Shown: positions 33,971-43,261 of the stretch, in pieces
Position numbering within the stretch: position 1 is the stretch's first letter
Layout: each line of letters opens with the position of its first letter
DNA from: an uncultured Holophagales bacterium
GTDB lineage: Bacteria > Acidobacteriota > Thermoanaerobaculia > Multivoradales > UBA5704
NCBI GenBank assembly: GCA_963842525.1
Contig: CAWJGT010000001.1
Coordinates: 736,001-800,000, forward strand
DNA: 64,000 nucleotides
Reading direction: 5' to 3'
The notes under the pieces: generated by a model
Databases searched by the model: none
The model's input: only the letters and a program-made list of their open reading frames with translations
Told to the model about the DNA's origin: nothing
Translations under genes and position numbers: made by a program

Positions 33971-34098
33971 GACGGCGCCGCCGACGCTTCAAGTACCACC
34001 GAGTGACATGGAGACGAGGTGGCGCGGCGTGATCTTCGCGGCCGAGGGCATTCCTCCATGTATGATACGCAGGTGCAAGGGATTCTATGCTGTCCAAC

Positions 34099-35187
34099 AT
34101 GAACACCAGCCACCGCGCGGCACTCGCCGCGATGCTCGCGGCCAGCCTTTTAGCGTTTGGCTGTGCAGGCCGCCGGGCACCCGCTACACCGGCCGAGCCA
34201 CCCCCGGAGGCGCCGGCGAGCGCGCCGGAGGCCGAGCGTCCGGCGGGCACCGGGGAAGCGCCGCGGCCGGGGCTGCGCGACCTCTGCCGTCAGGGGCCTG
34301 ACGAAACCGAGATCCTCGACGAGACGCGCCAGACCCTCGAGGAGACCTTCTGCAGCGCCACCCTCTGGCTCGACGGCCTTCTCGGCGGTGAGGCTGATGT
34401 CGAGAACGCACGCGCGGTGTCGGGCCGGGTCGATCTGTCGACGCTCTACACGGAGTTCGACGGGTTCACCCTCAAGGAGCGCCTGCGCCTCAGGTACGAC
34501 CTGCCCAACCTCGAGCGGCGGCTCAACGTCTTCGTCGGCCGCGATGAGCGCGACGAGTTCGTCGAGGACCGGCGCGAGGGGTTCGCCGTCCGTTCCTCGG
34601 TCTTCGGCCTGGAGGACGAAGAGGAGTGGCTCGCCGGCCTCGGCTATTCGCCACCGGGCCGCTGGAACAGCAAGATCGACTTCCGCGTCGGCGGCAAGTT
34701 GAAGAGCGCCCCCGAAGTCTTCGCCCAGAGCCGCTACCGGCGCAACATCTTTGCCGGCGACCGCAACGTCTGGCGCTTTCGGGAGACGGTCTTCTGGGAG
34801 AACCGCGAAGGTTTCGGATCGACCACCAGCCTCGATTTCGACCACGTCCTGCGTCGCGACCTCCTCTTTCGCTGGGGCAACATCGGCACCTTCTCGGAGT
34901 CGACCGACGGGATAGCCTGGCGCTCGGCGGCCCTCGCCTACCACAACATCCGCCGTTCCCGGGCCGTGGCCGGGGAGCTCTTCCTGCGCGGTGCCACCCA
35001 GGCCGAGGTCAAGCTCAACGAGTACGGCACCCGCGCCATCTACCGCCAGCCGGTGGGAAAACCCTTCCTGTTCGGCGAGCTGGTCGTCGGCTACACCTGG
35101 CCCCGCGAGGAGCGCGATCAGCCACGCGAAGGCTCGGCGATGATCGGCTTCGGGCTGGAGCTCCTGTTCGGGCGTGAGCCTTACTGA
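34099..35187 (+). CDS. Putative lipoprotein / outer-membrane beta-barrel protein
   Basis: Lipobox LAFGC, Pro-rich linker, amphipathic strands, C-terminal GLELLFG. Confidence 0.6.
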   Translation: MNTSHRAALAAMLAASLLAFGCAGRRAPATPAEPPPEAPASAPEAERPAGTGEAPRPGLRDLCRQGPDETEILDETRQTLEETFCSATLWLDGLLGGEADVENARAVSGRVDLSTLYTEFDGFTLKERLRLRYDLPNLERRLNVFVGRDERDEFVEDRREGFAVRSSVFGLEDEEEWLAGLGYSPPGRWNSKIDFRVGGKLKSAPEVFAQSRYRRNIFAGDRNVWRFRETVFWENREGFGSTTSLDFDHVLRRDLLFRWGNIGTFSESTDGIAWRSAALAYHNIRRSRAVAGELFLRGATQAEVKLNEYGTRAIYRQPVGKPFLFGELVVGYTWPREERDQPREGSAMIGFGLELLFGREPY

Positions 35188-35224
35188 GCCTGTCCCCAAA
35201 GAAGCAGCGGTGGTCGCGGATGGA

Positions 35225-35610
35225 TTATGACGGATAGCTTTTCTGCCGCCGTCTTCGTGATTTCTCCATGGTGCCGCACGTCTCCATCTGGCACCAACGG
35301 CGAAGGCCGTTCCGGCTGCGATCGATGTACATCCAGCCACAATCGGGCGCGGCGCAGACCCGAATCCGCCGCGCCTCGTCAGACGTCAGCAGAGCGGACG
35401 CGGGCCACACGATCGGCCAGAGGATCGAAACCAGGCGCTCTTCCCTGCCATGCCAGGCCCACTCCGCCACCTTCAAGCGAGCGCTCCGCCCCTGGCGCAC
35501 CGGCAATCCGCAGCCACGGCAGCGTGTCGGTGAGGATTTCGTTGAAATCGTCCCAGGAAGAGCCCGGCCGCTCACCGGCGGCGATGGACCCGTAGAGGCG
35601 CTGGAGCACG
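35225..35610 (-). pseudogene. CGNR zinc-finger (ABATE) protein fragment
   Basis: CAAPDCGWMYIDRSRNGLRRWCQMETCG; 5' half missing, frameshifted. Confidence 0.7.
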
Positions 35611-35625
35611 ATGGGAGGAAGACTC

Positions 35626-35947
35626 ATGATCGTACGCACCTGGCGGGGAGCGAACAAAAGCGGAAGACGCGGACGCGTACCTGCAATACCTTCATACAAG
35701 CGGCTTCACCCAGTATCGCGCCACACCGGGAAACCTCGGCGTGCTCGGACTGCGGCGCATCAGCGAGGGGCGGGCGGAATTCCTCCTGCTGACCTTCTGG
35801 GAGTCGGAAGAAGCGATCCGCCGCTTCGCGGGAGACGACATGGGCCGCGCCGTGTTCTATCCCCAGGATGATCGATTCCTCATCGACAAGGACGAGCACG
35901 TCAGCCACTTCGACGTGGTCTTTCAGGAGGGATGGGAGCAGTCGTGA
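35626..35947 (+). CDS. Antibiotic biosynthesis monooxygenase-like protein, frameshifted
   Basis: MIVRTWRG start; EFLLLTFWES..FAGDD..AVFYPQD..VSHFDV. Confidence 0.7.
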
Positions 35948-36888
35948 CGACCTCGGCGGACGCCGTGGGTGATCGCAGCAGTGTCCCACGGGCCAAGCTG
36001 ATAGCGGCGTTCGCCGCGATCTATCTGTTTTGGGGCGGGACGTTTCTCGCGATTCGCTATGCCGTGGCCGACGTGCCGCCGCTGCTCACGATTGCGATCC
36101 GTTGCGCCGGCGGCGCGCTGCTCCTCTATGCCTGGCTTGCCATACGCGGCCAGCTCGAACGGACGACGGCGGCGCAGTGGCGGGTCGCGGGCATGGCAGG
36201 CGCGCTGCTGTTCCTCGGTTGCCATGCGGTGCTCGCCTGGGCCGAACAGCGGGTGTCTTCCGGTCACGCGGCGCTCTTGATGACCTCGATCGCGCTCTGG
36301 CTGGTGCTCCTGGACGCCTTGGTCGAGCGCCGCCCTCCCCCGGCGCGGGTCCTCGCGGGGTTCACCCTCGGAGTCCTGGGGATCGCCGTGCTGACGAGCC
36401 CCGGCGGCGGGTGGTCGGGATCGCTGTTCGACCGCGTGGCACTGGTCGTGAGCGACCTCTTCTGGGCCGCGGGCTCGCTCGTGGCGCGGCCTTCTCGGAA
36501 TTCGCGGCAGGGCACCCGGCCCGTCTCCGTCGTGCAGTTGACGGCCATACAACTCGCCGCCGGCGCCGCCGTTGTGCTCCTCGCGAGCGCCGTCTCGGGC
36601 GAGCTCTCCGGCTGGACGCCGGCACAGGTGACGCCGCGGGCCGCGGCGGCGCTCGGTTTTCTGATCGTCTGCGGCACCGCGCTCGGCTTCGCCGCGTACA
36701 CCTGGCTGCTCACGGTCACGACGGCGGCTGCCGTTGGCACCTACGCCTTCGTGAATCCCCTGATCGCGCTCGGCCTGGCGTGGGCCGTGGGAGACGAGGA
36801 GCCGAGCGGCCGTGCGCTCGTCGCGGCCGTGCTCGTGATCAGCGCCGTAGTATTGACTCGAGACCCATCCAAAGGAGCAAAAACGTGA
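35944..36888 (+). CDS. EamA/DMT family transporter
   Basis: IYLFWGGTFLAIR, TYAFVNPLIA, ~10 TM helices. Confidence 0.9.
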   Translation: MTTSADAVGDRSSVPRAKLIAAFAAIYLFWGGTFLAIRYAVADVPPLLTIAIRCAGGALLLYAWLAIRGQLERTTAAQWRVAGMAGALLFLGCHAVLAWAEQRVSSGHAALLMTSIALWLVLLDALVERRPPPARVLAGFTLGVLGIAVLTSPGGGWSGSLFDRVALVVSDLFWAAGSLVARPSRNSRQGTRPVSVVQLTAIQLAAGAAVVLLASAVSGELSGWTPAQVTPRAAAALGFLIVCGTALGFAAYTWLLTVTTAAAVGTYAFVNPLIALGLAWAVGDEEPSGRALVAAVLVISAVVLTRDPSKGAKT

Positions 36889-38267
36889 CCGCGACCGTCC
36901 CTGACGATCTTGATGCTTTTTTCGATGCGAACGCGGCACGCCTGCGCGCCGAGCTTCTCGATTTCCTGCGGATTCCGAGCGTGAGCGCCCGGGCCGAGCA
37001 CCGTCCCGATGTGGAACGCGCGGCGGAATGGCTCGCCGGCTCGCTCCGCGCGGCAGGGCTGGCGGCGGAGATCTACCCCACCGCCGGTCATCCGATCGTT
37101 CTCGGCGAATGGCGACGGGCTCCAGCCGGCGCCCCGACGGTGCTGATCTATGGCCATTACGACGTGCAACCAGCCGAGCCGCTCGAGCTCTGGGACTCGC
37201 CGCCGTTCGAACCCGCCCTGCGGGACGGGCGCATCTACGCCCGCGGCGCAACGGACGACAAGGGGCAGCTCTTCCTCCAGGTCAAGGCCCTGGAAGCGCA
37301 CCTCGCGACGCGCGGCGAGCTGCCGGTCAACGTGGTGCTCGTCGCGGAGGGGGAGGAGGAGATTGGTAGCGTACACCTCAGACCGTTCCTGGAGCGCCAT
37401 GCGGACCGGCTGCGCACGGACGCAGTCGTGATCTCCGACTCCGCAATGTTCGCGCCCGGTCTACCGGCCATCCTGTCCTCGCTGCGCGGCATGGCCTATT
37501 TCCAGATCGACGTGCATGGACCGGCCGGCGACCTGCACTCCGGGAGCTATGGCGGCGCGGTCGTGAACCCCGCGACGGCGCTCGCGCGCATCCTGGCCAC
37601 CCTGCACGACGCCGATGGACATGTCGCCATCCCCGGCTTCTACGACCAGGTGCGCGAGTGGCCGGCGGAGCTCCGCGAGCAGATGGCGGGCCTGCCGTTC
37701 GATGACCAGCAGTTTCGGGAGGAGGCCGGGGTGACCCACCTCGGTGGAGAGGCCGGCTACACGACCCTCGAGCGGCTGTGGACGCGGCCCACGTGCGAGG
37801 TCCATGGGCTCCTGAGCGGATACACGGGCGAGGGGGCGAAGACCGTGCTCCCCGCGTCCGCGATGGCGAAAGTGAGCTGCCGCCTCGTTTCCGATCAGGA
37901 TCCCGCCGAGATCGACCGCCTTTTCCGCGCTCATGTGGAGCGGGTCGCGCCGGCGGGCGTCCGCGTGGAGGTGCAGTACTTCGTTGGGGGTCCCGCCTGG
38001 CGCGCAAACCTGGAAGGCCGGCTCTTCGAGGCCGCGGGCCGGGCCCTCGTGGCAACGTTCGGTCGGGAGCCCGTGATCGTCGGCGATGGAGGCTCGATCC
38101 CCGTGGTCAACGATTTCGAACGCATTTTCGAAGCGCCGGTGCTCCTCCTGGGTTTCGGTCTGCCAGGCGAGAACGCGCACGCCCCGAACGAGTGGCTCAG
38201 CGTGGACAACTTCGAGCGCGGCCTGCGAACAGTGGCGGTCCTGTGGGAGGAGCTTGGCAGGGGCTGA
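36885..38267 (+). CDS. M20 family dipeptidase
   Basis: YGHYDVQP, RGATDDKGQ, EGEEEIGS, DLHSG, HAPNE; AAGGAG RBS. Confidence 0.92.
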   Translation: MTATVPDDLDAFFDANAARLRAELLDFLRIPSVSARAEHRPDVERAAEWLAGSLRAAGLAAEIYPTAGHPIVLGEWRRAPAGAPTVLIYGHYDVQPAEPLELWDSPPFEPALRDGRIYARGATDDKGQLFLQVKALEAHLATRGELPVNVVLVAEGEEEIGSVHLRPFLERHADRLRTDAVVISDSAMFAPGLPAILSSLRGMAYFQIDVHGPAGDLHSGSYGGAVVNPATALARILATLHDADGHVAIPGFYDQVREWPAELREQMAGLPFDDQQFREEAGVTHLGGEAGYTTLERLWTRPTCEVHGLLSGYTGEGAKTVLPASAMAKVSCRLVSDQDPAEIDRLFRAHVERVAPAGVRVEVQYFVGGPAWRANLEGRLFEAAGRALVATFGREPVIVGDGGSIPVVNDFERIFEAPVLLLGFGLPGENAHAPNEWLSVDNFERGLRTVAVLWEELGRG

Positions 38268-38403
38268 TCAGCACAAGCTTGGCGCACAGCCATCTCGAGG
38301 AAAAACCGGGGTGGAAGAACGCCTCCAGGATCGGCCGCTGCCTCCCAGGTCGATCCCGAGGATTGCTTCGTCAGCCACGGCGATCATCGTATCCTGCGAG
38401 GCC

Positions 38404-39453
38404 ATGAGCCTCGAATCCGAAATCTTCGAGCAACCCGCCGTCCTCGAACGCCTCCTCCGCACGCAGGCGGAGCCGGTGCGCGACATGGCTCGCACCATCC
38501 GTAGCCGGGGCGTCCACTGGGTGCTGATCGCCGCCCGCGGCAGCTCCGACAACGCGGCCCTCTATGCCAAATACCTGTGGGGCTCGCGCAATGGGCTCCC
38601 GGTCGCCCTGGCCGCCCCCTCGCTGTTCACCCTCTACCGCACGCCGCCGCAGCTCCAGGGAGCGCTGGTGGTCGGGATCTCGCAGTCGGGCCAATCCCCG
38701 GACATCGTCAGCGTCCTGGCCGAAGGGCGCCGCCAGGGGGTTCCGACCCTGGCGATCACCAACGATCCGTCCTCGCCCCTGGCCAAGGAAGCGGACATGG
38801 TCCTCGACGCCAGCTCAGGCCCCGAGCAAGCGATCGCCGCCACCAAGACCTACACCACCCAACTCCTTTCCATCGCTCTCCTGTCCGTGGCCCTAACCGG
38901 AGAAAAACGCGGCGAGGAAAGCCACACCGAGGCCATCGAGCGAGTGCCGGAGCTGGTCCAGCAGGCGTTGGCACTCGACAGCTTCATCGAGCAGGCAACG
39001 CAACAATATCGCCACATGACGCAGTGCGTAGTCCTCGGCCGCGGCTTCAACTATGCGACGGCCTCCGAGTGGTCGCTGAAGCTCAAAGAGCTCGCCGCCG
39101 TCTTCGCCGAGCCCTACTCCTCCGCCGACCTGCAACATGGTCCGGTGGCCCTCATCACCGAGGGCTTTCCCGTCCTCGCCGTCGCGCCAGGCGGTGCGGT
39201 GTTCGAGAACCTCCTGGCGCTGCTCGCGTCCCTGGTCGAAGAACGCGGCGCCGAGCTGATCGCCATCTCCGACCAGGACAAGGCGCTGGCCCTCGCGCGC
39301 ACCCCGCTACGCCTGCCCGCCGATCTACCCGAATGGCTCAGCCCTGTGGTGAGCATCGTCCCCGCCCAACTCTTCTGCTACCACCTCACCCGCGCCATGG
39401 GCCGGGATCCGGAGGCGCCGCGGGGTTTGAGCAAGGTGACGCGGACGTGGTGA
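38404..39453 (+). CDS. SIS domain protein (GlmS isomerase-like / sugar-amine deaminase)
   Basis: ARGSSDNA, ISQSGQS, AATKTY, LKLKE, HGP, PRGLSKVTRT. Confidence 0.9.
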   Translation: MSLESEIFEQPAVLERLLRTQAEPVRDMARTIRSRGVHWVLIAARGSSDNAALYAKYLWGSRNGLPVALAAPSLFTLYRTPPQLQGALVVGISQSGQSPDIVSVLAEGRRQGVPTLAITNDPSSPLAKEADMVLDASSGPEQAIAATKTYTTQLLSIALLSVALTGEKRGEESHTEAIERVPELVQQALALDSFIEQATQQYRHMTQCVVLGRGFNYATASEWSLKLKELAAVFAEPYSSADLQHGPVALITEGFPVLAVAPGGAVFENLLALLASLVEERGAELIAISDQDKALALARTPLRLPADLPEWLSPVVSIVPAQLFCYHLTRAMGRDPEAPRGLSKVTRTW

Positions 39454-39482
39454 GTGGGCGCGGTGGCTTACCCGGCGGCACC

Positions 39483-39581
39483 ATGACGACGCACAAGTTC
39501 CCATTTGCTGAGGTCGGGCACGCCTTTCACATGATGGAGACCAAAGAAGACAACATCATCAAGCCGCTGATCACCTATTGA
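39483..39581 (+). pseudogene. C-terminal remnant of Zn-dependent alcohol dehydrogenase
   Basis: MTTHKFPFAEVGHAFHMMETKEDNIIKPLITY resembles MDR C-termini. Confidence 0.6.
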
Positions 39582-39663
39582 GTCGACGGAGCTCGGCTTC
39601 GGCGTCGTCCGGGCGCCGCGGACCGTGGACGATAACCTGGTCTTAAAGGGTGTTTGGAAATCG

Positions 39664-40073
39664 AGCCCCGCAGGGGCGGACGGAATTAGCCCGGTACGTC
39701 AGTGCCGGGTTGGGAGGCACAAATCCACCATCCAGCCCCGGTAGGGGCGGCAGGAAATCCGGTGGGTTGAAATGCGTTCGGTTCCCGGGATTGAAATCCA
39801 TACCTTTACACACATCTCAAAGCGCCCCTTGTGGGCGCGGGCGCGTAGACCCGGGTTTCAACCCGGGGTCGCGGAGGCCCGGCCCGTTTCGAGCCCCTTT
39901 CAGGGGCGTCGGCGAGGATGGCGCACAGGCCCGCCGTCCTCGGGCACCGCACACCGACGGCATTGCGCTTCCGTCTGCGCCATCGCCCCTGAAAGGGGCG
40001 CAGGGAGGATTGGTGGATCTCGCACCCCGGGTTGAAACCCGGGGCTATGTGCCAGCGCCCACAAGGGGCGCTT
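39664..40073. repeat. Cluster of REP/BIME-like nested palindromes
   Basis: AGCCCCG(C/GT)AGGGGCG units; inverted pairs AAGCGCCCCTTGTGGGCGC / GCGCCCACAAGGGGCGCTT and CCCGGGTTTCAACCCGGG / CCCGGGTTGAAACCCGGG. Confidence 0.8.
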
Positions 40074-40426
40074 CCCCCACCCTCCCGGACAGGATATGTA
40101 TAACGGTGTTCTCGTGTGACTGAAATGCCAAGCGCGCGTAGGGTCAGATGCGCTCTGCTCGACCTCCTTCGCTCGTCGAGCATGCCGTAGTTGCGGCTTT
40201 CCGCGGCACAGGGCCGACCAGAATGCTTCTCCAAATGCCTCGGCGGTCTTGACGCAGGTTACGAAGAGGTGTAGGGTGCGCTAAGTCGAAGAGGATAAGC
40301 ATCTTGCATGCTCGACAATCTGGGACCGGCCGTAGACTCAACCCGCAGGTGGTGTCGTATACGCCTGTGGGCGGGGTGCCGGCGAATATGTGAGGCAGAG
40401 GTTAGACGCAAAAGAAGCATGCTCGT

Positions 40427-41095
40427 ATGAAACAGACAATCGACAGTCGCTTTGCTGACCTAGTGGATCAAGGCCATCGCCTCTTAAGCGAGCTTCCTCT
40501 TGACAATAATAACCTCGGATATTGGGTGCTCAGGGAGTCTATCCCCAAATACCAGGCATGGATAGCCTCGACTGTTAACCTGCTAAGCAACATCGCGCTA
40601 CCAGCAAGTTACTATGTCGAGGAAAGCAGACGATTGGTTTCCGACAAGGACTTGGCGAGGGGAATACCGACGCACGTAGTGCAGAAGCTTTGCGCTCTCC
40701 TTGTATCTGCCTACGAAGAATGGAATGCGGGGCTCCTTAAGAGAATTGAGTATGTGCTGATCGCGGCAACATTTGACGACTTCCTCGAACACGCTGCCCC
40801 TTATCATAAAGGAAATAAAAAAACAGAGGCCGCCGTTCTGGCGAGCGCTGTGCTTGAAGATACCATAAAGAAGATCGCCGAAAAGCAAGGCATAGAAACG
40901 AGTGGCAAGAGCTTGGAGCAACTAGTGGATGCCCTCGTTAGCGCCTCGGTGTTTTCCTTAGTTCAAGGCAAGAGGGTAAAGGTCTATTCCGGAGTACGTA
41001 ATCACGCGCTTCACGCTGAATGGGACCGTTTTGAAATCAGAGACGTCGGAGAGTTGATCAAGGGCACACGGACCCTTATCGAGGATTTTGTTTGA
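40427..41095 (+). CDS. Low-GC HEPN/DUF4145-like protein, probable gene cassette
   Basis: AAVLASAVLEDT, RNHALH (RxxxxH); preceded by GTTAGAC. Confidence 0.7.
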   Translation: MKQTIDSRFADLVDQGHRLLSELPLDNNNLGYWVLRESIPKYQAWIASTVNLLSNIALPASYYVEESRRLVSDKDLARGIPTHVVQKLCALLVSAYEEWNAGLLKRIEYVLIAATFDDFLEHAAPYHKGNKKTEAAVLASAVLEDTIKKIAEKQGIETSGKSLEQLVDALVSASVFSLVQGKRVKVYSGVRNHALHAEWDRFEIRDVGELIKGTRTLIEDFV

Positions 41096-41105
41096 TAGAA
41101 GCTGC

Positions 41106-41165
41106 GCATCGAACCCGCGCTTGCACCGGTCAGACGGCCATCGCCGCCTTCCGGTGAAGCGACTA
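41106..41165 (+). mobile_element. Degenerate attC-like site
   Basis: GCATCGAAC (near-complement of GTTAGACGC at 40401); CGCTTgCACCGG pairs with CCGGTGAAGCG leaving one unpaired G; right core site not recognisable. Confidence 0.55.
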
Positions 41166-41197
41166 GCGCACGCTGGTCGGCTTGATATCACGAAGGA

Positions 41198-41434
41198 ATG
41201 CCAAGCTTCACACACCTGCAGGGCCAATATCTCGCTTTCATCGACGCGTACACGAAAGTGAGCGGTCGTCCACCGGCGGAGGCTGACTTCCTGCGCTACT
41301 TCAAAGTCTCGCCGCCCTCGGTCCACCAGATGATCCTTACGCTTGATCGCCTCGGACTCATTACACGTTTGCCGGGCCAAGCGCGATCCATTCGTCTGAA
41401 TCTTCCGTCCAACGAGATTCCGCGTCTCGAGTAG
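41198..41434 (+). CDS. Small winged-helix protein (LexA DNA-binding-domain-like)
   Basis: QGQYLAFI..GRPPAEAD..VSPPSVHQM..ARSI. Confidence 0.8.
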   Translation: MPSFTHLQGQYLAFIDAYTKVSGRPPAEADFLRYFKVSPPSVHQMILTLDRLGLITRLPGQARSIRLNLPSNEIPRLE

Positions 41435-41464
41435 GAGTGCAAGCCCAAAGGGCGTGGCGAAGGT

Positions 41465-41654
41465 GCCCCGAAGGGGCTCTGGCGTAAAGCCTGGCGCTTC
41501 AGCGCCAGGTTGGCGTTCCCCAAACTCTCCGGAGCCCCGAAGGGGCGCAGGCATTGCGTCAAATTTGCCGTCGCCCCTTCGGGGCTTGGAGGCGTGGAGG
41601 ACCCTGACCTGGCGCTGAAGCGCCAGGCTTTATGCCTGCGCCCCTTCGGGGCTC
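41465..41654. repeat. REP/BIME-like inverted palindrome cluster
   Basis: GCCCCGAAGGGGC x2, GCCCCTTCGGGGC x2, CCTGGCGCTTCAGCGCCAGG and its inverse. Confidence 0.8.
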
Positions 41655-41706
41655 CTCGTCGCCGTCGTCGTTGGGCGCGTATTTATGGGATGGAGGATAT
41701 CGGTTG

Positions 41707-42076
41707 GGGATACTGCCATCTGCTCCAGATGAGCTACGACGCCCAGCGTAAGCTTATCCAAGCCAGATAAGCTTACACTGGCTCAGATAAGGGTATCCGC
41801 GCCAGATAGTGTTATCTGCGCCAGATAAGCCCACGCTGGCCTGGATAAGCTTATCTGCGCCGGATAAGCTTATCCACGCTGGATAACGTTATCTACGGCA
41901 GATAGTGTTATCTGGGGCAGATAAGCTTATCTGCGCTGGATAAGCTTACACTGGCGTGGATACCGTTATCCGCGCTGGATAGTGTTATCTGCGGCAGATA
42001 CGCTTATCCGTCTTGGATACGCTTATCTGCGCCGGATACGCTTACACTGAGCTGGATAACGTTCTCTACGTCAGAT
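41707..42076. repeat. Tandem array of 19-20 bp palindromic units
   Basis: 16 clear units from 41764 plus ~3 degenerate ones; consensus YRGATAAGCTTATCYRCGC; no spacers. Confidence 0.9.
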
Positions 42077-42121
42077 CATTTAAACAGCGGTGGATGTCTG
42101 TGGAGAAGGGCGCGGAACAAG

Positions 42122-42146
42122 GGGGAGCGTGGCGGGCACGCTCCCC
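42122..42146 (-). terminator. Hairpin downstream of the small gene
   Basis: GGGGAGCGTG / CACGCTCCCC 10-bp stem; weak U-tract. Confidence 0.5.
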
Positions 42147-42159
42147 GGAGGAGTGACAC

Positions 42160-42534
42160 TTACTGCGGATCGATCGCGAGGACCGCGGGAGTGGCGGGGT
42201 CGGGCGGCGTCTTGGCCTTGCGGCCGCGGAACGGCTGGAGGTGGAATTCCGCGAGCTTCTCCGACCGCAGGCCGTAGTGCTGCTGGAGGATCTTGCCTGC
42301 CGCGGTCGCCAGCCTTTCGCCTTCGGTGAGCAGCGTACGGATGCGCTTGCTCGCCTCCTGCTTGCTGGCGACGAGGGCGGCGTGCTCCCGCACGACTCCT
42401 TGCGCTTCGGCCAGGATCGCCTCGATCCGGACGCGAAGGCCTTCCAGGTGGGTGAGCTCGGCAGCGTTGGCGAGCAGCGCGGCGATGAATCGCGCCAGTG
42501 CGCCCAGCTTCCCTGCATAGGTACGTTCAGACAT
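42160..42534 (-). CDS. 124-aa helical/coiled-coil hypothetical protein
   Basis: AAGGAG RBS before ATG 42534; amphipathic helices ending HYGLRSEKLAEFHLQPFRGRK and a Pro-rich tail. Confidence 0.75.
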   Translation of the reverse strand: MSERTYAGKLGALARFIAALLANAAELTHLEGLRVRIEAILAEAQGVVREHAALVASKQEASKRIRTLLTEGERLATAAGKILQQHYGLRSEKLAEFHLQPFRGRKAKTPPDPATPAVLAIDPQ

Positions 42535-42905
42535 TTTGCTTCTCCTTTTTGAGCCCGAGGGGGCTCGAACACCCGGCGCCGGAAGCGGCGCCTGATGTGT
42601 GCATAGAGTCCACGACTTTCCCGGCGGTGTCAAGAGCCTCGTTGACTTTCCCGGTCGACTGTGCGAGCCTCCTGCATATTGAAGGACGCGCGATGATGCC
42701 GATCGACCGAGCAGGACGATCGGGAACGCAAGGCTCTTTGACAATAGAGAAGGACGGCGGCCCCCGGGTCCAAGGGCGCCGCCGTCCGCCCGGACGGGTC
42801 CGCTGTGTTCCGGCGGACCCGGTCCCTGTTTCTCCGGCACCTACCCCTTGCAAGACTATGGGAAGGTGCGGTAACGTCTTCGCAGGCGAAAGAGGAGAGC
42901 CTGCG

Positions 42906-43250
42906 ATGGGACGTGAATCTGGAGATCTTCTGCAGGGGACGCTGGGTCTGTTGATCCTCAAGGCGCTGGCCGGCGAGGAGCGGCACGGCTACGGCATTGC
43001 GCGCTGGATCGAGGAGGTGACCGGCGGAGTGCTGCAGGTCGAGGAAGGGTCGCTCTACCCCGCGCTACGGCGGCTGGAGGACCGCGGCTTCGTCGAGTCG
43101 CGATGGGGGCTTTCGGAGAACAACCGCCGCGCCCGCTTCTATGCGGTCTCGCGCGCCGGCCGGCAGCACCTGCACGCCGACGCCTCCACGTGGATGCGCT
43201 TCGCCCGCGCCGTCATGGGCGCGCTCGAGGCCGAGCCGTCGGTCGTCTGA
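42906..43250 (+). CDS. PadR family transcriptional regulator (acidobacterial type)
   Basis: LLQGTL..HGYGI..EEGSLYPAL..SENNRRARFY. Confidence 0.92.
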   Translation: MGRESGDLLQGTLGLLILKALAGEERHGYGIARWIEEVTGGVLQVEEGSLYPALRRLEDRGFVESRWGLSENNRRARFYAVSRAGRQHLHADASTWMRFARAVMGALEAEPSVV

Positions 43251-43261
43251 GGGCCCGGCCG

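Noticed and set aside
41707-42076. CRISPR array
   Set aside because: Units are contiguous 19-20 bp with no unique spacers, and no cas genes are present
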